A stretch of DNA of 64,000 bases from Desulfatiglandales bacterium (lineage in GTDB: Bacteria > Desulfobacterota > DSM-4660 > Desulfatiglandales > Desulfatiglandaceae): NCBI GenBank assembly GCA_963662465.1, contig OY759599.1, positions 1,440,001 through 1,504,000 of the forward strand, written 5' to 3'. This document shows positions 9,847-20,900 of the stretch, piece by piece (positions within the stretch are counted from its first letter, which is position 1; the number at the start of each line of letters is the position of its first letter). A model generated the notes under the pieces. That model saw nothing but the letters and a program-made list of their open reading frames with translations. It was not told the origin of the DNA and made no database searches. Both the position numbers and the translations under genes were made by a program.

Positions 9847-10656
9847 ATGTCGGCCAGTCATATCCTGACCCCCGGATCGAATCAGCCCATGAAACCATTA
9901 CGTGTTGTCGTCGTGGATGACGAACCTTTTGCCCGGGAGAATATGCGCGATCTTCTGGCAGTCCACAAAGAAGTGATGGTTGTGGGCGAGGCAGGCACCG
10001 TGGATGAAGCCCGCCGGGTACTTTCCCATATACGGCCGGACGCGGTATTTCTGGACATCCGGATGCCCGGCGGCACCGGCTTTGATGTGCTTTCGGGTCT
10101 TGAATGGCCGCTTCAGGTGGTTTTTGTCACGGCTTATGATGCGTTTGCCATCCGCGCCTTTCAGGTGAATGCCGTGGACTATCTCTTGAAACCCATAGAC
10201 CGGGATCTCCTGGCCCAGTCCGTAAGGAGGCTCGCATTCCGAGATTCCGTCGATGCCGTCCCAAAGGGACCTCAGGACGGAGAATCCCTCCCTTTCCGCC
10301 TGGATGATTCGGCCCTAGTGCGTGAAAATACCGAATATGTTTGGGTCCCGTTGCGGAATCTATGCGCCATCAAGGCATACGGGAATTACACTGAAATCAT
10401 TGACGCGGAGAACAGGACCTATCTCTTTCGCAGAAGCCTGAAAGACTGGCACACCCGACTTCCAGCCCCGCCGTTTCAGAAACTGGACCGTTCGCTGATC
10501 ATCAACACCGATCAGGTTTCGGGCTGGCGATTCCATGAGCGCCGAATGGAAATGGTTTTCAAAAACGGGGATATCGAGATCTTTTTGGGGCGTACGGCCT
10601 CCCGACGGTTTAAATCATCCATTTTAAATGGGATTCCCGTCGCAATCGAAAATTGA
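9847..10656 (+). CDS. LytTR-family response regulator (start may be 9889)
   Basis: VVVDDEP...FLDIRMPG...VFVTAYD...DYLLKP; C-terminal NYT...RRSLKDW...F..LDRSLIIN. Confidence 0.92.
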   Translation: MSASHILTPGSNQPMKPLRVVVVDDEPFARENMRDLLAVHKEVMVVGEAGTVDEARRVLSHIRPDAVFLDIRMPGGTGFDVLSGLEWPLQVVFVTAYDAFAIRAFQVNAVDYLLKPIDRDLLAQSVRRLAFRDSVDAVPKGPQDGESLPFRLDDSALVRENTEYVWVPLRNLCAIKAYGNYTEIIDAENRTYLFRRSLKDWHTRLPAPPFQKLDRSLIINTDQVSGWRFHERRMEMVFKNGDIEIFLGRTASRRFKSSILNGIPVAIEN

Positions 10657-10670
10657 ACGCCTGACGCACC

Positions 10671-12782
10671 ATGAATCTGCGATTGAAATTTACCATTCTG
10701 ATCGGCCTGGCCATCACCGCCGCGGTCGTCCTTGCCACATCCACGGTCTACTGGATTGCCAGGGAGGAACTGGAAAAGGAAGCGGCCCACCGGCTGCAAC
10801 AGACGACCTCGCTGATCAGCACCCAGGTTGAAGCCCGTTTCGAAGCCCTCTTACGAAGCGTGGACGTCTGGGCCCGGACGGACCTGGTTCAAAAGGCCCT
10901 TCTGAACCCCCATGACCCTGCCTTGATTGACCGGGTCAACCGGACTTTTGCCGACATTGTCCAAAACGAACCCGTTCTTCAGACCTTCAACCTGTTTGAC
11001 ACCCGGGCGGCCGTTGTCGCCTCCTCCATCTCCGAACGGGTCGGTCTGCAGGTTGCCCAGGACGTGGTAAAGGAACGTGAGGATTTTCGGACCGCTCTTA
11101 CGGGAAAATATGCCGTCAAAGGACCGTTCATGGGACTTTCAAGCGGGCAACCGGTCATTTCCCTGGCTGTGCCGGTAAAGGCGGAAGGGAATGTCATCGG
11201 CGTCTTGCGCCCCGTTATGGGGATTGCGGATTTCAATGAAAAACTTCTCAAGCCTCTCATGAAGGGCCTGGAAGGGAAGCTTCTCATCTTTGCGCCGGAT
11301 CTTGATACGGAGCGGAAGATAAAGCCCGTTGATCCGACCCTTGTGATCGAGACGCCCTATGTGGCGCCGGGCATCCCCTCCATACCGGAGATACAACGGA
11401 ACAACAAAGGGATTGTTGAGTACACGAGCGGCGGCGTAGAGCGCTACGCGGCATTCCAGTGGATGCAACAACCCCGTGCGCTGGTGGTGGTGGAAATGCC
11501 CCTTCGAGATGTCTTGGCCCCGATCCGGCATATTCAATACGCGACGGTTGTTATTGTAGTGATTATGGTGCCGTTCATCTGGGTCCTGGCGGGAATTGCC
11601 GTCCGCCCCCTGCTCTCAAATCTGCGCGCCTGCCTGCAATTTGCTCGGAGCATTCGGGATGGGCATCTTGAAGAACGGATCCGGGTCAAGAGCCGTGACG
11701 ATGTGGGTGAACTGGCCGCTGGTCTAAATGAAATGGCTGAACGTCTGGAACGTCAGCAGATCGCCCTCAAGGAGAGTGAACTGAAATACCGCTCCATTTT
11801 CGAGACCACCGTGGAAGGAATTTTTCAAGCTTCCGGGGATGGGCGGTTTCTCACCGCTAACCCGGCATTAGCACGAATTCTGGGGGTTGACAGCACCGAG
11901 ACGCTTTTCCGCCACAGGGTGCATGAATTCCATGCCCATCCCCGGGACCGTGAAATCCTCATGGACGAATTCCAAAAGGAAGGTGAGGTCACAAGCTATG
12001 AGTTCGATATCCGGCGTCCGGATGGCGAGATCCGCCGATGTCTTTTTAACGGCCTGGCCCACATGGATGAAGGGGGGCGTTTCACCATGATCCAGGGCAT
12101 TCTCCATGACGTAACCCGGGAACGCCGGGCCGAGGCCGCGAAAAGGCATGCCGAGACCGCCGAAAGGCTGGCCCTCCGGGCCCGCTTGCAGGCCCTCCGC
12201 TACCAGATCAATCCGCATTTCATCTTCAACGTCCTCAACACCATCGACGTCCTTTCAAGAAAGCGGCCCGAACGGATCCCCGACCTGCTTCAGAAACTGG
12301 CCTTCTACCTTCGCTACACCCTCCATCCCAAGGCCCAGGGGGCGGTGTTGCTCCATGAGGAGGTACAGTCGGTCAAAGCCTATCTGGCCATTGAAAAGGT
12401 GCGTTTCGAAGACCATCTGGAGGTGGCCTTTGACATGGGTCCGGGTGCGACCGGGGCGGTTCTTCCCGATATGGTCCTTCAGCCACTGGTTGAAAACGCC
12501 ATCAAACATGGCATGCGAACCAGTGAAATGCCGTTGAAGATCCTGATCAGAGCGGAAATCAAAGACGGATATCTGTACATCTCCGTAAGAAACACCGGAC
12601 GCTGGGTTGAAGCCTCCACCGGTGCGGCCCGCCCCCCCGTAGGCCTGACAAATCTTCGCGAACGCCTGGAGGTGTTTTACGGCGATGACTTCTCTTTCGA
12701 GACGTCCGTGAAAGACGGCTGGGTCCGGATCGCAATCCGCCTTCCCCGAACACCCGTATTCTCCTTTCAATCCCCTGAGTGA
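10671..12782 (+). CDS. LytS-type sensor histidine kinase (Cache-HAMP-PAS)
   Basis: Two TM segments; LQALRYQINPHFIFNVLN and LQPLVENAIKHG motifs. Confidence 0.92.
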   Translation: MNLRLKFTILIGLAITAAVVLATSTVYWIAREELEKEAAHRLQQTTSLISTQVEARFEALLRSVDVWARTDLVQKALLNPHDPALIDRVNRTFADIVQNEPVLQTFNLFDTRAAVVASSISERVGLQVAQDVVKEREDFRTALTGKYAVKGPFMGLSSGQPVISLAVPVKAEGNVIGVLRPVMGIADFNEKLLKPLMKGLEGKLLIFAPDLDTERKIKPVDPTLVIETPYVAPGIPSIPEIQRNNKGIVEYTSGGVERYAAFQWMQQPRALVVVEMPLRDVLAPIRHIQYATVVIVVIMVPFIWVLAGIAVRPLLSNLRACLQFARSIRDGHLEERIRVKSRDDVGELAAGLNEMAERLERQQIALKESELKYRSIFETTVEGIFQASGDGRFLTANPALARILGVDSTETLFRHRVHEFHAHPRDREILMDEFQKEGEVTSYEFDIRRPDGEIRRCLFNGLAHMDEGGRFTMIQGILHDVTRERRAEAAKRHAETAERLALRARLQALRYQINPHFIFNVLNTIDVLSRKRPERIPDLLQKLAFYLRYTLHPKAQGAVLLHEEVQSVKAYLAIEKVRFEDHLEVAFDMGPGATGAVLPDMVLQPLVENAIKHGMRTSEMPLKILIRAEIKDGYLYISVRNTGRWVEASTGAARPPVGLTNLRERLEVFYGDDFSFETSVKDGWVRIAIRLPRTPVFSFQSPE

Positions 12783-12809
12783 AAGCCCGGCTGATCCGGC
12801 CCTCTCCGT

Positions 12810-12855
12810 GTTCGGCCCGTTGGTCCCCGGATTCGGCCGATTCGGCCCAAAGTCC
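12810..12855 (+). promoter_or_regulatory. Second candidate LytTR-type repeat cluster
   Basis: TTCGGCC at 12811, 12832 (period 21) and 12841; GATTCGGCCCAAAGTCC resembles GATTCGTCACAAAGTCC at 448. Confidence 0.45.
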
Positions 12856-12962
12856 TTGCATGGGTCCTTTTTGACCGTATACATTAAGGGTCTGATACAC
12901 GGAGCAGGCGGACGGCCTGTAAATTTATGGAACCGCCTGCGGGTAATGGGACTTTTCATTAA

Positions 12963-14990
12963 ATGGCCAACACAAAAAAGGAGAATCTCATGGGAAACAA
13001 TAGAGAACAAATGTCAACACGGAGGCGCGGCTTGACAAGGGTGTTGAATGTCTTCATTTGCGTGATCCTGACCCTTCTGCTCGCTTCTTGTTCCGATTCG
13101 GATAACAACACCACGAATACAACACCGGAACCACCACAATTAGGGACTCCCCCACCGGAAACTGAAAGTCCAACGTTTATGGAGACGCACTACAGAACGG
13201 GGCACAACTCGTATTCGGGCAACCTGCATAATGGTTATCGGGGCAGCATCATCCAGCAACTGGATGCCGGCCTGCGGTTTGTGGAGCTCGATATCCATTT
13301 GAGATTTAATGATGAAGGTAATGTTGTATTTAAAGTGGGGCATGACGACCCGGGGAATCAGGTCGACCACACCAATGGCAATCCAGGCTCCTCCGACTGT
13401 CAAGACTGGATCTCTGTGGTGAAATACTGGGTCGACAACAATCAGCCGACGGAGCCGGTCATCCTCGCCTTTGACTGGAAAAGTGGTTTTGATAAAGATA
13501 ATGAAGAAGACCAGTCAGCGATCCAGACCCTCCACGGCTATTTCACGAATAACACCCATAGCACCTATTTGTATCCCAAGGACTTTGATGTCGGGAACGA
13601 AATGAGCCAATATCACACGCGCATTATGGTGCTTCTGTCGGGTAACGAAAGTGCCCGCGAGTACTATCTCAATAACTACTGTTTCAGCGATTCGAAGTGT
13701 TCCGATACCAATGCTCCCCCAGTCGCGCAAATGTTCGTGGAATACCAGCCCGACAATGACAAAACACTTACGGGGGATGAGGGGGAACTCTTCTACGCCA
13801 GAGCCTTCAAGGATGGCGGCTGTGACTGGGCGAAAGAGATGGAAGGTAACCATTTCACCAGGTTGTGGCTGCTTGACAGCCCCTGTGATCCCAAGGTTCC
13901 CAATTTGCCCGCCACCAATTTCCCATACTTTGGATGGTATGCCCGGTACATAGAGGACCTTTCCCCTATTCCCGCGTTTGATTCTCAAGACGTAGCCTGG
14001 TGCTGGTTGGACCCCCGGACTCCTGGAAAGGGGAGCAACCCGGATGTGGCGGTCAACAATCTGGGGTTTGTCGTTGAGGTTCATAAGTCTCAGAACGGAG
14101 ATACCCTTTGGTGCAAAGCCGGGAAGATAAACGGCAACTCCATTGACTGGCGTTCTGAAGATAAGCAATACGACGGAAACGGTCAAAACCCCTCCGTGGT
14201 TCTGACCGACACAAACCTTGTGGTCGAAATCCATTCTAATGGTAGTGGCGACCTGTATTACAAGTGCGGCAGACTGAACGCGGGCGACGGAAGCGACGGG
14301 TCGTATACAATCTCCTGGGCCAAAGGTGAACATGAAGCCCGATGGTATGACGATGGGAAACATCCCTGGCTTGCCATCAACGAAAATAACACGGTTGTGG
14401 AGGTCCACGAGGGCTTCGATGAAGGGTATGGTCACTTGTGGTATAATGTGGGCACCGTCCATGATAGCGACGATGTGAAGTCTATAGACATTACCTGGCA
14501 TGGAATCGGGGATGACTATCGAAAATACTATGACGGCTTAGGAGCACGTCCCACGGTTGCCGTCCATGGCAATCTGGTTTTCGAGGCCCATAATGACCTC
14601 TGGACTTATCCTGAGGTTACTCTGTGGTGTCAGATCGGAGAGCTGGATTCAAGCGGCCAGAGGATCAACTGGAAAATACCCGGATTACCCCAGGACAGCG
14701 CCTATGCCTATAAAACTACCTACCCCTATCCCATTGACCAGCCAGGCAGCCGGTATCCAACCGTAGCGCTCAATTCAACCGGGGCACTGGAGGCGCACAT
14801 GGCAGGTAGCGACATATGGTGGCGGGCCGGAAAGCAAAGCAACTCGGTCATGGCGGTAGGTCCGAACGAGAAAATTGGAGCCAATGCCAGTGGAACCGAG
14901 ATTTCCATAGATGCCAGCGACACCCATGCGGTGCTCGCCTATATCAGCGGGGAGAGCGATATTTACTACATGGTCGGCGACCTGGAGTGA
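12963..14990 (+). CDS. Lipoprotein with PI-PLC-like domain and ~5 C-terminal repeats (true start probably further downstream)
   Basis: Lipobox LASC; HNSY...QQLDAGLRFVELDIH; repeats G..P.VA.....VVEVH......LW...G. Confidence 0.75.
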   Translation: MANTKKENLMGNNREQMSTRRRGLTRVLNVFICVILTLLLASCSDSDNNTTNTTPEPPQLGTPPPETESPTFMETHYRTGHNSYSGNLHNGYRGSIIQQLDAGLRFVELDIHLRFNDEGNVVFKVGHDDPGNQVDHTNGNPGSSDCQDWISVVKYWVDNNQPTEPVILAFDWKSGFDKDNEEDQSAIQTLHGYFTNNTHSTYLYPKDFDVGNEMSQYHTRIMVLLSGNESAREYYLNNYCFSDSKCSDTNAPPVAQMFVEYQPDNDKTLTGDEGELFYARAFKDGGCDWAKEMEGNHFTRLWLLDSPCDPKVPNLPATNFPYFGWYARYIEDLSPIPAFDSQDVAWCWLDPRTPGKGSNPDVAVNNLGFVVEVHKSQNGDTLWCKAGKINGNSIDWRSEDKQYDGNGQNPSVVLTDTNLVVEIHSNGSGDLYYKCGRLNAGDGSDGSYTISWAKGEHEARWYDDGKHPWLAINENNTVVEVHEGFDEGYGHLWYNVGTVHDSDDVKSIDITWHGIGDDYRKYYDGLGARPTVAVHGNLVFEAHNDLWTYPEVTLWCQIGELDSSGQRINWKIPGLPQDSAYAYKTTYPYPIDQPGSRYPTVALNSTGALEAHMAGSDIWWRAGKQSNSVMAVGPNEKIGANASGTEISIDASDTHAVLAYISGESDIYYMVGDLE

Positions 14991-15137
14991 AACATGCCGG
15001 GCCGGCCTTAGTCGCTCATGACAGGAACATCGCCACCCCTTCCGAACGGGCCTGGGTTGGGAGTAAGCGATCAAAGGGGGCTTTATGCGTCTTTTTAGAG
15101 ACACACTCAGACTTGCAACATAATGAACCCAACCCTG

Positions 15138-15548
15138 CTATTCTGCAATGTCCCGCAGATCTTTTTCCAGAATCAGAAAAAGCGGGTCCGCTTTGAGACG
15201 GTTGGTCATTTTACCAAGGGCCTCGTCTGACGGGCTTTTTCCGGTGTTATAGGTCACGGCGCCGGGCAGATATCCGGTCCGACTGTCACCGGTCCAGAAG
15301 TCGTCCACGACAGTGATATCCGTATCAAGGGGTGCATCGATGAGTCGGTTCAGGTCATCTGTGCTCACACTGCTTAAAGCACCTGCACGAATCTGAATGT
15401 GGTCGAAGTCCCAGACCACGCGAAAGGCCATGTCCAGCGGGTGGTTTTCTGCATTGCCGATGACAATGACGGTCTGAGTAAAGGCCAGGGACGGGCAGTT
15501 GTAAATGAAGTTCCCCGCATCCGTTATGATTCGTGTCCAGCCACTGTA
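15138..15548 (-). pseudogene. 3' remnant of the alpha/beta-hydrolase lipoprotein gene
   Basis: Matches 26291-26622 and 26806-26883; 183-bp deletion at CAATGAC microhomology. Confidence 0.92.
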
Positions 15549-15744
15549 TTTTTCGCAAGCGCCGCAGGTCTACCTTGAAATCCTCCCGCCCCAGCCCCCG
15601 CTTGATCACAATTTCCCATATACTGGCAACACTGAAATACAAAGTGTTTTCGGGTGTCGTCAAAAGAGTGCGGGCCGAGTCGGAAAGTTTTTCGGGCTGC
15701 CCTGCGGCCCATAGAAGGATGTGCGTATCCAGTAGCAGTTTCAC
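15548..15744 (-). pseudogene. Truncated duplicate of vapC (2602-2988)
   Basis: Aligns at offset 12756; 3' half replaced by the lipoprotein remnant. Confidence 0.9.
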
Positions 15745-15989
15745 GTGGATTTTCCTTCAAAAAGTCTGATAATTTCTTTTGCCCCAAAGGAATCGAAATC
15801 GTCCGGAACCTCAATTTCTCCCGACATGAAACCCAGTTTTTCGGTCCCTTCCAGATCTCCGTCCGAAAGGGGCAAAACCTTGACCATGGGCTTTCCCGCC
15901 TTGGCAATGATGAACACATTTCCCTGCGCGGCCTCATCGACCAGACGGGAAAGGTGCGTCTTGGCTTCATGAATATTGATGGTTTGCAT
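15741..15989 (-). CDS. Phd/YefM antitoxin, identical protein to 2985-3233
   Basis: Identical translation; duplication extends to 16073 (3317). Confidence 0.9.
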   Translation of the reverse strand: MQTINIHEAKTHLSRLVDEAAQGNVFIIAKAGKPMVKVLPLSDGDLEGTEKLGFMSGEIEVPDDFDSFGAKEIIRLFEGKST

Positions 15990-16310
15990 GGCGCACCTCA
16001 ATGGGAGTTGGTTCAGTAAGGTTAGTTTACTGTCTGTAGCCAGGGATCGTCAGGATAATTTTTCGGCGGATCCCTGGGGTCGACCACGTTAACACTAAGA
16101 TTTATCACAAGAGGACCCCATAATTTTCAGTTATCCTCTGTTTTTCAACCGTAAACCGTGAACGGTTACAATATGGGAAACCATGATCTTGCTGGAAAAG
16201 GAAGAATCGTACTTGATTTGTCCCCGAAGGATTGGATAAAAGAAGCACTTGAACAAAGTCCGGTGAAAGAAGCAAAATTGTCATATGAGATTGCTGTTAG
16301 AAGCCGACTG

Positions 16311-16465
16311 GGTTCATCGCGGATTAACGTGAAATCGCGCTTTGAGATTGTTTCGGTTCGGGCTGTAGGTGCGACTTCAGTCGCACAGGGTCGGCTTAAT
16401 GTGCGACTGAAGTCGCACCTACAATCGGCTCAGAAGCCAAATCTCACGCGAATCCACGATGAGCC
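16311..16465. repeat. Nested palindromic element: type A outer arms enclosing a GTAG-type REP doublet
   Basis: Arm GGTTCATCGCGGATTAACGTGAAAT as at 6875; perfect 23-bp inverted pair TGTAGGTGCGACTTCAGTCGCAC at 16364-16386 and 16401-16423. Confidence 0.88.
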
Positions 16466-16495
16466 GCCGACTGATTGAACTTTCACATAAAGATT

Positions 16496-16647
16496 TTGGG
16501 CTTGGTCCTAACTTCGCCAACCCGGCAATGAATTGCCGGGCTATTGTCTGTCGGCCTTATAGGGCTCTCACAGTCCCGTAGGGACGGCAGGAAATAGCCC
16601 GGGGTTTCAACCCCGGGGCTAATGGGCGAGATAATGACCAAGCCCAA
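16496..16647. repeat. Nested palindromic element: type B outer arms enclosing three hairpins
   Basis: TTGGGCTTGGTC...GACCAAGCCCAA; inner CCCGGCAATGAATTGCCGGG, GTCCCGTAGGGAC, CCCGGGGTTTCAACCCCGGG; left arm recurs at 7800-7819. Confidence 0.85.
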
Positions 16648-16719
16648 GATTTTGCCGGCCGCTTTATGGCAGCAACTGCATGGGAGTCCAATTTGAGACT
16701 GATGATCGTGGAGGTTGAA

Positions 16720-17985
16720 ATGTTTAAATTTATTCACACAGCCGATATTCACCTGGATAGTCCGTTGCGCGGGCTGTCTCGTTATGAATCCGCTCCCGCG
16801 GAATCCATTCGCAACGCATGCCGGAGAGCTTTTGAAAATCTTGTAGACCTTGCTATCGAAGAGGCAGTTGCTTTCGTTCTTTTAGCAGGTGATCTCTACG
16901 ATGGCGACTGGAAGGACTACAGCACCGGCATATTTCTCAGCCGGCAAATGGGTCGATTGGGGAAGCACAACATTTTGGTTTTCGCTGTCGCCGGAAATCA
17001 TGACGCAGCCAACCGAATGACCAAAGCTTTGGATAGCCCTTCCAACATGAAGATTCTATCCACGAGAAAAGTGGAAACGGTCAGGCTGGACGACGTCGGT
17101 GTTGCGATTCATGGCCGCGGCTTCGGCGCTCAGCATGTTGACGAAAATCTGGCCGCGGGTTTTGGCGCCGCCGAAAGGGGCATGTTTAACATTGGGCTGC
17201 TTCATACCAGTCTCGATGGCCGGGAAGGACATGCCGTTTACGCGCCGTGTACCATAGATGATCTCCGTTCCAGGAACTACCAATACTGGGCCCTGGGACA
17301 TATCCACAAACAAGAGTTTGTTTCCGAAGATCCATGGATCGTATTTCCGGGTTGCATTCAGGGACGCCACATTCGCGAAACCGGTTCGAAGGGGTGCGTA
17401 CTTGTTACTGTCGAAGACGGTACTGTCTCCGAGGTGGAAAAAATACCGTTAGACGTGCTGCGATGGACGCAGTGCGACATTGACCTGACGGATGTTGAGG
17501 AAATCCGGGAGGTCCTGGAACGTACCCGAAAGGTCATTGAAAAGGAACGGGCGTCGGCCGGCGATAGACCCCTCGCTATGCGGATACGATTTCAAGGCGC
17601 CACCACGATATCCGATGAGCTGGCTGCCTATCCGGAACGGCTTGAACAGCAGATCAAGGCACTTGGCGCGGAAACCGCCGGCGACGAACTGTGGATTGAG
17701 CGCGTGGAAAATGCGAGTACGGGCAAGCTTGATCTGGCATCGACTTTGGCTGATGACACCGCGTTTGGAAAATTACTAAAGGAGATTTTGGCTACGCCGA
17801 ATAGCGCCAATGAGATTAGCGGTTTGAAGGACAAGGTTGCCGAACTCAGACAGAAAGTGCCATCGGCGGCATTTGGTCCCGATTCTGTTTTGAACCTGGA
17901 TGAAGACCAGACGGTTAATCGTCTGGTCGAAGAGGCAAAGCATATGCTGATCGGCAGGTTGCTGGCGGTGGGAGGTGCGAAATGA
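16720..17985 (+). CDS. SbcD/Mre11-like metallophosphoesterase (YhaO-like)
   Basis: HTADIHLD, AGDLYD, GNHD, YWALGHIH motifs; GGAGG RBS. Confidence 0.93.
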   Translation: MFKFIHTADIHLDSPLRGLSRYESAPAESIRNACRRAFENLVDLAIEEAVAFVLLAGDLYDGDWKDYSTGIFLSRQMGRLGKHNILVFAVAGNHDAANRMTKALDSPSNMKILSTRKVETVRLDDVGVAIHGRGFGAQHVDENLAAGFGAAERGMFNIGLLHTSLDGREGHAVYAPCTIDDLRSRNYQYWALGHIHKQEFVSEDPWIVFPGCIQGRHIRETGSKGCVLVTVEDGTVSEVEKIPLDVLRWTQCDIDLTDVEEIREVLERTRKVIEKERASAGDRPLAMRIRFQGATTISDELAAYPERLEQQIKALGAETAGDELWIERVENASTGKLDLASTLADDTAFGKLLKEILATPNSANEISGLKDKVAELRQKVPSAAFGPDSVLNLDEDQTVNRLVEEAKHMLIGRLLAVGGAK

Positions 17986-20900
17986 GAATCGACCGTCTCG
18001 ACCTCATGGCCTATGGCCCCTTCACGGATAAGTCCTTAGACCTTTCTGATGGGGCATCAGGTTTACATCTCATCTATGGCGACAATGAAGCCGGTAAAAG
18101 CACATCGTTGAGAGCGCTTGTTGCCTGGTTGTTCGGAATTCCCGTTCAGACAAACGATAGCTTTCTTCATGCCAATCCGCAGCTTCGGATCGGTGGAAAA
18201 TTGAGGTTGTCCGATGGAAACGAAATCGAGTTTGTAAGGCGAAAGGGCGCCAAGGGCACTTTGCTCAAATATGGTACGGATGATCCTCTTGAGGACACTG
18301 TTCTTGCGCCGTTTTTACCTGGCGGCATCGACGAAAATCTATTTATAAAACTCTGGGGAATAGACCATGGCAGGTTGATTGCCGGCGGCCAGGAGCTGCT
18401 GGACCAATCCGGGGATCTTGGGCAGGCGCTATTCAGCGCGGCGGTTGGTACGGCAAATCTTCGAGATGTATTGACGGCTCTGCAAAATAGCGCGGATGCT
18501 ATTTTCAAACCACGACGTCGCAAAACAGCGCTGAACCAGTCGATTTCAAATTTCAAGGACGCCCAAAAGAGAATGAAGGATGCCGGTTTGCCGGTTTCCG
18601 AATGGAAGAAACTGCAAAAAGGCTTATCGGATACGGTTGCGGCTATTGCGCACGTCGAAAAAGACCTCGAGTTAAAAGGCAAAGCCAAGAGTTGCCTGGA
18701 ACGCGTTAATCGCGTCAAGGGAGCACTGGCCCAGCGGCGAACTGTTCTGGAGAAAATTGACGAATTGGGACAAGTGTTGCTGCTGCCGGAAGATTTCGAA
18801 GAAAGAAGAAAGACCGCCGGCGACAATCTTCAAATTGCTGGTGAGAGAAAGGAAAGACTTGAGACGAAGCTTGCAAGCCTGACCGAAGAATCGGAAACAT
18901 TAAACGTTCGTAATGAGTTGCTTGAAAACGAAGAAGCGATCCTGGCGCTATACAGAGAACTGGGTGCGGTTGAAAAGACACTTAAAGATCGACCACAGCA
19001 AGATGGCAAGCGCCGGTTGTTGCGCAACGAAGCCGAGACGCTGCTCAAAAGTGTGCGTCCTGATGTGGGATTGGACCAATCCGATGTTTTACGGCCGCTT
19101 CTCAACAATAAAAAGTGGATCTCCGGTCTGGCGCAAAAACACGGCCTGTTGACGCACAGGAAAGCGCGGGCTGAAGAGACCCTGAGAGATATTGAGGACC
19201 AGCGGAAATCGCTTTGTAACGAATTCGACCATAAGCCGCAATCGGAACTCGATCTAAAAGAATTGAAAGCCGCAATTGCCGCAGCCCGCAAAGCGGGTGA
19301 TGTAGAGCGACGTTTGGCTGAAGTACGGAAACGGGCCGCTGAGGAAGATGCGGCGTGCAAAAGCGAGCTTGCGAGACTTGGCAGGTTCACGGGGGCGGTT
19401 GGGTCGCTGTTGAAGGTGGCCATGCCCGTGTCTGAGACACTCGACGCTTTTGAAAAAGAGAACGACGCGCTGTCCGAAAGCGTGAAGGACACGATACGCA
19501 AACGGCATGAGGCCGAAGGGGAGAAAACGCAGACAGCGCAGGAATTGAAGGCGCTGTTGCTGACAAGCGATGTGCCGACAATGGCTGAACTGGCGGCATC
19601 ACGAGAGGTTCGCAATACGGGGTGGCGTTTAATAAAACAAAAATATATTGAACAAAGCGTTATCGGAAAGGAACTTTCGGAATACGCACCCGATTCCGAT
19701 CTGCCAACGGTCTACGAGCAGAAAGTCGATCATGCTGATCACGTATCGGATCGCCTTCGATTGGCTGCCGACCAAGTGGTGAAAAGGGCGGATTATGAGG
19801 CAAAAATAGAAAACCTGGAATCGCGGATCGATGGTCTGGCAGAAGCCGTCGAAAAGGTAACCGATGCCCAAAAGGCCTACCAGGAGAGATGGTCTGCGAT
19901 CTGGGCGCCTCTGGGAATCGATGCTGGAACGCCAAGAGAGATGAAGCAATGGCTTCTCAGAGTGGAAAACCTTGTCGAAAAGGTCCAGGCGGCAAATGCG
20001 GTCTCCGTGGATGAACAAAATCTTACCGGAGAATGCGAGCGGTTGAAGGAAGCGGTATCGACTCAGATCGTTAAATTCGATGCATCGCTCGACCATGGGG
20101 GCATGAGCCTTGAGGCCTTGATATCGTTGTGTGAACAGCGGGTAGCGGAGGAGGAAGGGGTTCGCGAGCGACGACGACAGCTTGAACAATTACTGAACGA
20201 AGCCGAAATTCGGTTAAAAAGAACGCAGGTTGAACTTAAATCAATCGATACGGAGCTATCGAATTGGTCACAAGAATGGGGTCAAGCCATCGAAGGGTTG
20301 GGCCTGAAATCAAACGTTCACCCGGAATATGCCGCCGAAACATTCGACCAGCTCGTGTCTTTCTTTGACAAATTCGACAAGTCTGAAGCGCTGCGTAAGC
20401 GAATATACGGAATGGATCAGGTCGAGGAGAAATTTGAAAAAAAGGTATTCGAATTTGCTGGCGGCATTGGTTTTAACCGGAATGGACAAGCGGCGGCCGC
20501 CACAATTACCGCGCAGTTGCATCGAGATTTGAATACCGCGCGTGAAGCTCGCGCAAGCCTGACCAAAATACAGACGCAAATCAAAGAAATAAAAGAGGAC
20601 ATCGAGGATGCCGACATCACGATTCGAACGTCAGGAGACCAGCTTGCCGCATTGAGGGAGCAGGCCGGTGTGGATACGGACGAAGCGCTGATAGCGGCGG
20701 GCGAAAAATCGCGCAATAAACGTGAAATTCAAAAGAATCTCGATATGCTCGAGCAGGAACTCAATCGCAATGGAGACGGCCTTAGCATCAAAGCGCTGGA
20801 AAAGGAGTCCGAAGAATCTGAGATCGATTCAACCGAAGGGGAACTCGAAAAAATCTCTATTGAGCTGAAGGAGCTTCAGGCAAATCGCGATAGTTTGCGC

